From positions 10,912,001 to 10,976,000 of the forward strand of contig OX597830.1 in the NCBI GenBank assembly GCA_951406725.2: a stretch of 64,000 nucleotides of DNA, written 5' to 3'. The notes beneath the pieces are model-generated. The model was not told the origin of the DNA and did no database searches. It was given only the letters and a program-made list of their open reading frames with translations. A program made the translations under genes and the position numbers. Origin of the DNA: Octopus vulgaris. Lineage: Eukaryota. Shown here in pieces: positions 55,987 to 64,000 of this stretch. The number at the start of each line of letters is the position of its first letter. Within the stretch, counting starts at the first letter, position 1.

Positions 55987-57062
55987 GGCAACGAGCTGAC
56001 AGAATCATTAGCAAAATGTTCAACAAATGTTTCGTCTCTTTTTTACGTTCTGAGCTCAAATTCTGCCAAGGTTGATTTCACTTTTTATCCCTTTCAGGGT
56101 CAATAAAGACAAGTACCAGTTGAGTGCTGGGGATGACGTAATTCACTTTTCCCCCAAAACTTACCCTTTTCCCCCAAAACTGCAGGCCTTGTGCCTGCCA
56201 AGCAAAATGCTTAGCAATATTTCGTCCCTGTTACATTCTGAGTTCAAATCCTGCCATGGTGTACTTTGCCTTTCATCCTTTCAGGGGTCAATAAAATAAA
56301 TACCAGTTAAGCACTGGGGTTGATGTAATCAATTTGCACCCTCCCGCAAAATTGCTGGACTTCACAATCAACTTTGCCTTTCATTCTCTAGGGGTTGATC
56401 ACATAAGTATCAGTTAAGCACTTTGGTTGACATAACTGACTAGTCCCCTCCCCCAAAATTACAGGCCTTGTGCCTTCAGGAGAAAGGATCGGCAAGCTGG
56501 CAGAATCATTAGCACACTGGGCAAAATGCTTAGCGGTATTTCGCCTGCCGCTACGTTCTGAGTTCAAATTCCGCCATGGTTGACTTGACCTTTCATCCTT
56601 TCAGGGTCGATTAAATAAGTACCAGTTACGCACTGGGGTCGATATAATTGACTTAATCCATGTGTCTGTCCTTGTTTGTCCCCTCTGTGTTTAGCCCCTT
56701 GTGGGTAATAAAGAAACAGATATTTCGTCTGCCATTACGTTCTGAGTTCAAATTCCGCCGAGGTCGACTTTGCCTTTCATCCTTTCGGGGTCAATTAAAT
56801 AAGTACCAGTTATGCACTGGGGTCGATATAATCGACTTAATCCGTTTGTCTGTCCTTGTTTGTCTTCTCTGTGTTTAGCCCCTTGTGGGCAGTAAAGAAA
56901 TAGGCATTTCTTCTGTTTTTACATTCAGAGTTCAAATTCAACCAAGGTCGACTTGACCTTTCATCCTTTTGGGGTCGATAAATTAAGTACCAGTTGCATA
57001 CTGGGGGCGATGTAATCGACTTAATCCCTGCCCCCAAATTTTAAGCCTTGTGCTTCCAGTAG
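55987..57062 (+). mobile_element. Head-to-tail array of family B SINE units
   Basis: About 6 repeats of the ctttcatcctttc..ggtc..ataagtaccagtt domain, with only 2 heads. Confidence 0.87.
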
Positions 57063-57405
57063 AAACAATTATTATTCTCACATAATAAGTAGTGGTGGTG
57101 GTGGTGGTGGTAAACTCATTTCAGCTTAATAATTTAGAAGTAATTTGTGTAAAACTCATTAGATATTTAGTATATGTTAATGTATTCACAATTAATAGCA
57201 TATAAATATATTAAGAAATATATTTATAATAGCAACACACGTATGCTTTTGGCATATATATTATCTACAAATCTGTAACATAATATATACACAGAATATA
57301 ATATAATAAATGTGTGTGCATGTGTGTATCTAAGAAAGGGATGTGTTTATACATGTGTATATACAAACACATGTATATGTATATTTATGTGAGCATCTAG
57401 GTATG

Positions 57406-57436
<31 letters not shown>

Positions 57437-57442
57437 ATGTAC

Positions 57443-57492
<50 letters not shown>

Positions 57493-57498
57493 ATGTAC

Positions 57499-57553
<55 letters not shown>

Positions 57554-58053
57554 AGTATGTATGCCAATAAAAATGTCCTTTGATATACGTCAAGTTTTAA
57601 GGAAAAGCGATTCACTGGCTGAAGAGAATTATGTGTCAATTAGTCAATTACCATATTGTACTGGGCAGTAAATTATTCCGTCTCCAAGACAGAATATAAT
57701 AGTCCGTCTGGTGACAACGGAACTAAATGAACCCATAATGCTGGTGGCATCTTGCTGTATTTGTCCGTTATTTTGCATATTGTCTCCGCTTTCATTTCAA
57801 AATGATGTCTAATGTTACCGAAATGGCTTTTCTATGAAGGTATCACTCTACCTGTGACAGCTATAGTTATTTAGAGAAATATATATTCATATACGCTGCA
57901 TATAAATATATCTAGACTCTGTGTGTGTGTGAGAGAGAGAGTGAGAGAAACAGAGAGAGAGTTAGAATAGAGATTTGGTTGTCTATTTAGTTACACACAA
58001 ACATACAAATACAATCAATAAGCACTATTACTGTTATTATTAATATTATCATA

Positions 58054-58221
58054 GGCGCAGGAGTGGTTGTGTGATAAGTAAGCTTGCTTAAGAACCACAT
58101 GGTTCTGGGTTCAGTCCCACTGCGTGGAACTTTGGGCAAGTGTCTTCTACTATAGCCTTGGGCTGACCAAAGCCTTGTGAGTGGACTTGGTAAACGGACA
58201 CTGAAATAGGCCTGTCGTATA

Positions 58222-58268
<47 letters not shown>

Positions 58269-58427
58269 ATATTTTTGTGTGTCTGTGTTCATCCTCTCAA
58301 CTTTGCTTCACAACCGATGCTGGTGTGTTTATGTCCCTGTAACTTAGCGGTTTGGCACAAGAGACCGATAGAATAAGTACTAGGCTTACAAACAATAACT
58401 CCTGGCATCGATATGCTCAACTAAAGG
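58054..58427 (+). mobile_element. Family A SINE
   Basis: Same motifs; followed by family B copies at 58545-58765 and 58846-59025. Confidence 0.88.
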
Positions 58428-58504
58428 TAAATAAATAAAAGTAAAAGTAAAGGTAAATAAGTAAAAGTAAAGTAATTATTGTTATTATTATCATTAGCAG
58501 CAGC

Positions 58505-58544
<40 letters not shown>

Positions 58545-59499
58545 AGGTGGCAAGCTGCCAGATCGTTAGTGCACTGGATCAAATGCTTAGTGATATTTTG
58601 CCAGTCACTCCATTCTGAGTTCAAATTCTGCCGAGGTCCACTTTGCCTTTCATCCTTTCAGGGGTCGATAAAATAAGCACCAATTGAAGACTGGGGTTAA
58701 TGTAATTGACTCAACCCCACCCACCCACCCACCCAAAATTGCTGCCCTTGTGGCAAAATTTGAAACAATAAATAATAATAATAATAATAATTATTATTAT
58801 TATTATTATTGTTATTATTATTATCCTCATTACTATTATTATTAAAGGCAGCAAACTTGCAGATTCATTACCATGCTTCACAGTATTTTGTCTGCCACAA
58901 TGTTCTGAGTTCAAATTCCACCAAAGTCAACTTTCACTTTTTTCCTTTCGGGGTCAATAAATCCAGAACCAGTGAAACACTGGGGTCAATGTAATCAAAT
59001 AGGCATTGTACCTTTAGTAGAAAGGGTTGATACAGCTTAGCCCCAGTGATGCCGCAACTCCTTTCTACAGTTGAGGGAACTGGAGCAACATGAAATAAAG
59101 TGTCTTGCTCAAGAACACAATACGCAACCTGGTTCAGGAATCGAACTCACTACCTCATGATTGTGAGCTTGATGCCCAAACCACTGAGCTATACACCTAA
59201 GGAAAAATAACAATTTAAAAGAAACTGCATGTACCAGATGTTGTTGTTGTTTAACCCTAGGCCGGTAGTGACAGAGCAGAATGATGATCAAGGCTTTCTT
59301 GTATATTTTTTTGTTTAGACATGATGTATCTAAGACTACTTTATCCAATGTGTCCTTTCATAAAGATAGTACATAGTTATTTTATGAAGACAATAGGGTT
59401 TTATTTGAAGGAAACGTTGCTATTTCTAGCATGGAAAGCAACTCATCGGCTCATACCAGATTTTGTACCACAGAGTAACAAACGCCTCTTAGAATGACA

Positions 59500-60122
59500 A
59501 GAGACAACAACAGAATACAAGAATAGCAGAAAACAGAATACAAGAATGGTGTATCTCAAAGTATACAGAGCTATACATAACAGCATGTTATAGATAACAA
59601 ACTGAGAAAACAGAATAGTAGAATGACAGAATATTAGAATGACAGAATACTAGAAAGGTGTATTTTAAAGTAGATAGAGCTATAGATAACAGCATGTTAT
59701 AGATAACAAACTGAGGAAACAGAATATTAGAATGATAGAATACAGAATACTAGAATGGTATATATTTCAAAGTAGGAAGAGATAGAGCTATCAGCATGTT
59801 ATATTACAAAGTGAAGAAATAGAATATTAGAATAGCAGAATACAGATTTGTATATCTCAAAATAGATAGAATTATAGATAATAGCATGTTATAGATAACA
59901 AACTGAGGAATTAGAATGACAGAATACTAGAATGGTGTAACAGCATGTTATATATTACAAAGTGAAGAAAGAGAATATTAGAATAAGAGAATACTAGAAT
60001 CGTGTACCTCAAAGTAGATAGAATTATAGATAATAGCATGTTATATATTACAAAATGAGGAAACAGAATATCAGAATGCTAGAGTGGTGCAATACAGAAT
60101 GTTAGAAAAGTAGGAAGAGCTA
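59500..60122. repeat. Diverged tandem repeat with variable ~60-100-bp units
   Basis: Recurrent cagaatactagaat..aaagtagatagagctatagataacagcatgttata..acaaactgagg. Confidence 0.82.
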
Positions 60123-60493
60123 TTACCAAAAGTATGCATTATATTGGTTTAAAAGAACCCAAGGGATTTCTTCACTCAATATATTTCTTGGAATGATTTA
60201 CGGCTGTATCTACTTAGCGATAAAATGATTTATTTCACATTTTCTCAAATTGTCTGCATTTCATTTCCTTATATGCGTGTCTATGTGCAGAATTTAATTG
60301 AGTTGCATGAAAAGCTAATGGCAGTGTAATGAATGGGGGGTGGAGGAGAGCTTGGGCACCAATATCTGTGGATGTGAATGGTTGTCAAAAGCTGGGCTGG
60401 TTAGTGACCAGTGGGGCCACGAGAGTAGAATGTAAATTTGTTTGAGTGTACAGTGTTCTTAATGGTCAGTGATGGTCTTCTTTGGTCATGAGT

Positions 60494-60651
60494 GGACAAA
60501 GTGCTGATCCTCTAACCGTGGAGGGAACCTGTGGAAGAGGTCAGTCCAAGAAGACATGGGATGAGGTGGTGAAACATGATCTTTGAATGTTGGGCCTCAC
60601 AGAGGCAATGACTAGTGACCAAGATCTTTGGCAATATGCTGTGCTTGAGAA
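60494..60651 (+). pseudogene. RTE LINE C-terminal fragment (same family as 17010-17352)
   Basis: VEGTCGRGQSKKTWDEVVKHDL*MLGLTEAMTSDQDLWQYAVLEK. Confidence 0.82.
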
Positions 60652-60913
60652 GGCGGCAAGCTGGCATAAACGTTAGCACGCCAGGCAAAATGCTTAGCGG
60701 TATTTCATCTGTCTATACATTCTGAGTTCAAATTCCAGTAAGTTCAAGTTAATAAGGTTAGAGGTTGGAATAACTATCTAAGGGATAAAAGTATCCATTT
60801 TACTACCGGTATAAATACCTGTGTTAACGCTGGACATACATATGCAAGCATCTTATGCTCATAGATTACAGGTAATGGCAAAGATAAACCTGAGTTTATC
60901 AGAAACCAAATTT

Positions 60914-61066
60914 AATGGAGAAATATTGATCAGCAACAACTAACTTCCAACTATTATTACTTTTTGATTCAATACAAATAGACTGTATTCGATGCAGTCT
61001 ATTTGTATTGAATTAGAAAATAATAATTGATGTAAGTCAATTGTTGCTGATCAATGTTTCTCCATT
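60914..61066. repeat. Imperfect ~153-bp palindrome
   Basis: aatggagaaatattgatcagcaacaa..ttcaatacaaatagactg | cagtctatttgtattgaa..ttgttgctgatcaatgtttctccatt. Confidence 0.85.
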
Positions 61067-61069
61067 TTC

Positions 61070-61449
61070 TGGCTGTGTGGTAAGTAGCTTGCTTACCAAC
61101 TACATGGCTCCGGGTTCAATCCCACTGCATGGAGCCTTGGGCAAGTGTCGTCTACTATAACCTCGGGTCAACCTAAGCCTTGTGAGTGGATTTGGTAGAT
61201 GGAAACTGAACGAAGCCTGTCATATATGTGTGTGTGTGTGTGTGTATGTCTGTTTGTTCCCCCCACCATCACTTGACAACCAATGCTGGTGTGTTTATGC
61301 CCCTGTAACTCAGCAGTTTGGCAAAAGAAACTGATAGAATAAGTACTAGGCCTACAAAGAATAAGTCCTGAGGTTGATTTGTTTGCCTAAAGGCAGTGAT
61401 CCAGCATGGCCACAGTCAAATGACTGAAACAAATAAAAGAGTAAAAGAG
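61070..61449 (+). mobile_element. Family A SINE
   Basis: Same motifs as other family A copies. Confidence 0.9.
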
Positions 61450-61708
61450 CATATATATATACGTTTTATTTATTATTTTGCACATTATTTAATCATTGTT
61501 GTTATATGTTTTATCTTATATATAATCTTTCTATAATATGTAATTTTTCTAAATGGTATAATTTAATTTTTCATTATTAAATTGATAAAAGGTGTTTTAT
61601 TTCTAATTTATATATATATATATATATATATACACCTGTTGCTGAATCATATTAATTCAATGTGTATAATATGTGAAATTCAACGATTTTCCAGCTGATA
61701 CTAATGCA

Positions 61709-61751
<43 letters not shown>

Positions 61752-62381
61752 CAGGCTTCTTTCAGTTTCTGTCTGCCAAATCCATTTCCAAAGATTTTGG
61801 TTGGCCTGAAGATATAGCAAAAGACACTAAGCCAAAGTACCACAGAGTGAAATTGAACCTGGAACCATGCAAACGCCTTCCTGCCTCTGCCTACACAAAG
61901 ACATCAGGTGCAACACATACATTTACCCATTATTTAAACGTAAACTGAAATATTCTTATTTGCTGAAATGGTTGCAAATATTGTATCACAGGTCCTAACG
62001 TTCGTTTGTTTTATTGTTAACCCTTAATTAAATATGGAGGCTCAAAGAAAACATGAATAAATTGAAGCATTGAGAATGGCTGGCATAAAGGATGAAGGGG
62101 CCATGCTGAAGGCAAAGGTGTTCTGTTTTGAATTGTAAATATATGTAAAATATCGTTAATAAACATAACGATCAGCCTCTTAACTTTCATTAAACAAAAC
62201 CTAACACCTTTTTATTTTATGACAAAATGAATAATGAGTAAATATATATATGCCACACCTGGTATGTATATACGTACATGTATATATATATATATATATA
62301 TATGCATGTGTGTGCGAGTCTGTGTGTATATATATATATATATGCATTTGTGTGCAAGTCTCTGTATGTGTGTGTGTGTAT

Positions 62382-62501
<120 letters not shown>

Positions 62502-62536
62502 GCATTTGTGTGCAAGTCTCTGTATGTGTGTGTGTG

Positions 62537-62575
<39 letters not shown>

Positions 62576-63507
62576 GACTACCCATCGTGACCCTTTGGGT
62601 CACCGGGAAAGTCTGAGTTTCCCAGCAATGGAGTTTTGTTTCAAGGGGTTTTGTTTTCTTTTCCAGGTTATTCTGCATGCTTTCAACAAATGTGACCTTG
62701 AAATCACATGTAAGCAGCTCCTTTCCCCAGAAAAGGAAAGATTTGGCTGCTATTTCTTGCACACCCTGCCACCAAGTAACAGGTATTTCAGGTCCTTTAT
62801 CGCAAATAGTAGTTATGGGGTAGCAGAGCGTGCTAGAAATAGCAGCCAAATCTTTGGAAGTGAGATACATTCAATGCACTTGAAAAAACCCTATGGAAAA
62901 AAATTATTTCACACCAAGGTTAGAAATGGGTCTTTTATGAAATATTTATGCCAAAACAATTTTTGCAATGGTATTCATTCGAAAATAATTTTTAAAAACA
63001 TTGTAATATTGTTTGTTTAAAAGAGGCTAAAATATAAATACTTATTGTACAAACAACTTATATTTTTCATATCACGTTCTCTTAAAAGTATTTCTAAATG
63101 ATTAAAATATTGTGTTTAACAAAAATGAAAATAGAAACATTTACTGTAAAAAAAACAAATAGCATTTTTTCATTGTGAAGTCTAATCAAAATGTAAGAGT
63201 TACTTCCTTTTCAGGATTAAGTTAATTTCAGAGACTTTTGTGATCATGCAGCATTTTGGGGATTTATATCCTGAAAACCCTTGATATCTTCACAACCACT
63301 TATCCTTATGTGAAATTTGTTTCATACCGTTCGTATTTACATTTCAGAGAAAACTTAATTCATAGTGTTTTCCCATTATGCACCAGTTTGGCTGAGTAAC
63401 ATTGCAAGCAAGCAAGATTCAACCTGACTTTTAATGTATTATAGATATATGCATGTGTGTATACAGAGAATAGTGGTGTGGTTTAGAACTTTGCTTCCTA
63501 ACCAATT

Positions 63508-63847
63508 TGTTTCAGTCATTTGACTGTGACCATGCTGGAGCACAACCTTAAGTCGAACAAACTGATCACAGGATTTATCCTATCAGTTTCTTTTGCTGAA
63601 CTACTAAGTTACAGGGACATAAACACACCAACATCGGTTGTCAAGCGATGATGGGGGGTGTGGAACAAACACAGACACACAAACATATATATATATATAT
63701 AATGTGCTTCTTTCAGTTTCCATCTATCAAATCCACTCACATGGCTTTGACAAGCCTGAGGCTATAGCAGAAGACACGGAGTGGGACTGAACCCGGAACC
63801 ATGTGGTTGGTAAGCAAGCTACTTACCACACAGCCATGCCTGCACCT
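63508..63847 (-). mobile_element. Family A SINE with internal deletions
   Basis: Same motifs as other family A copies. Confidence 0.85.
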
Positions 63848-64000
63848 AAGTCACAATTTATGGACTCAAATAATCCAGTAGTACTCATAAAAAAAGCTCC
63901 TTAATGTATCATTCTACAAAATATGTAGAGAGTATATAGTATGATACACAGAGTGTATAAAGTCATAAATGGCAGATAAATTAATGCAGACATCTAAGTA

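Overview
This is AT-rich, repeat-saturated eukaryotic DNA. It is very probably Octopus (coleoid cephalopod) intronic or intergenic sequence, judged from SINE families I recognise from memory. No host protein-coding gene is recognisable, and nearly all ORF-track entries are microsatellite or SINE artefacts. The window holds huge (TG)n, (TA)n, (ATA)n and (TCA)n tracts, dozens of SINE copies (CORE-type, Meta-domain-type, RTE-tail-type, V/CORE-type), decayed RTE and R4/Dong-like LINE 3' ends, two mariner relics, piggyBac-like TTAA MITEs and several minisatellites. The standout is a 301-bp perfect palindrome (18828-19128) inside a (TA/CA) tract. Each strand carries a minimal type-I hammerhead ribozyme fold whose C3-G8 core pair is swapped to G3-C8, so CUGANGA searches would miss it. 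This fits an inverted Penelope-like terminal repeat. A second minimal hammerhead (51016-51050) and several half-hammerhead relics suggest a ribozyme-bearing Penelope-like family that colonises microsatellites. All structures were read by eye, nothing was computed, and boundaries of decayed elements are approximate.
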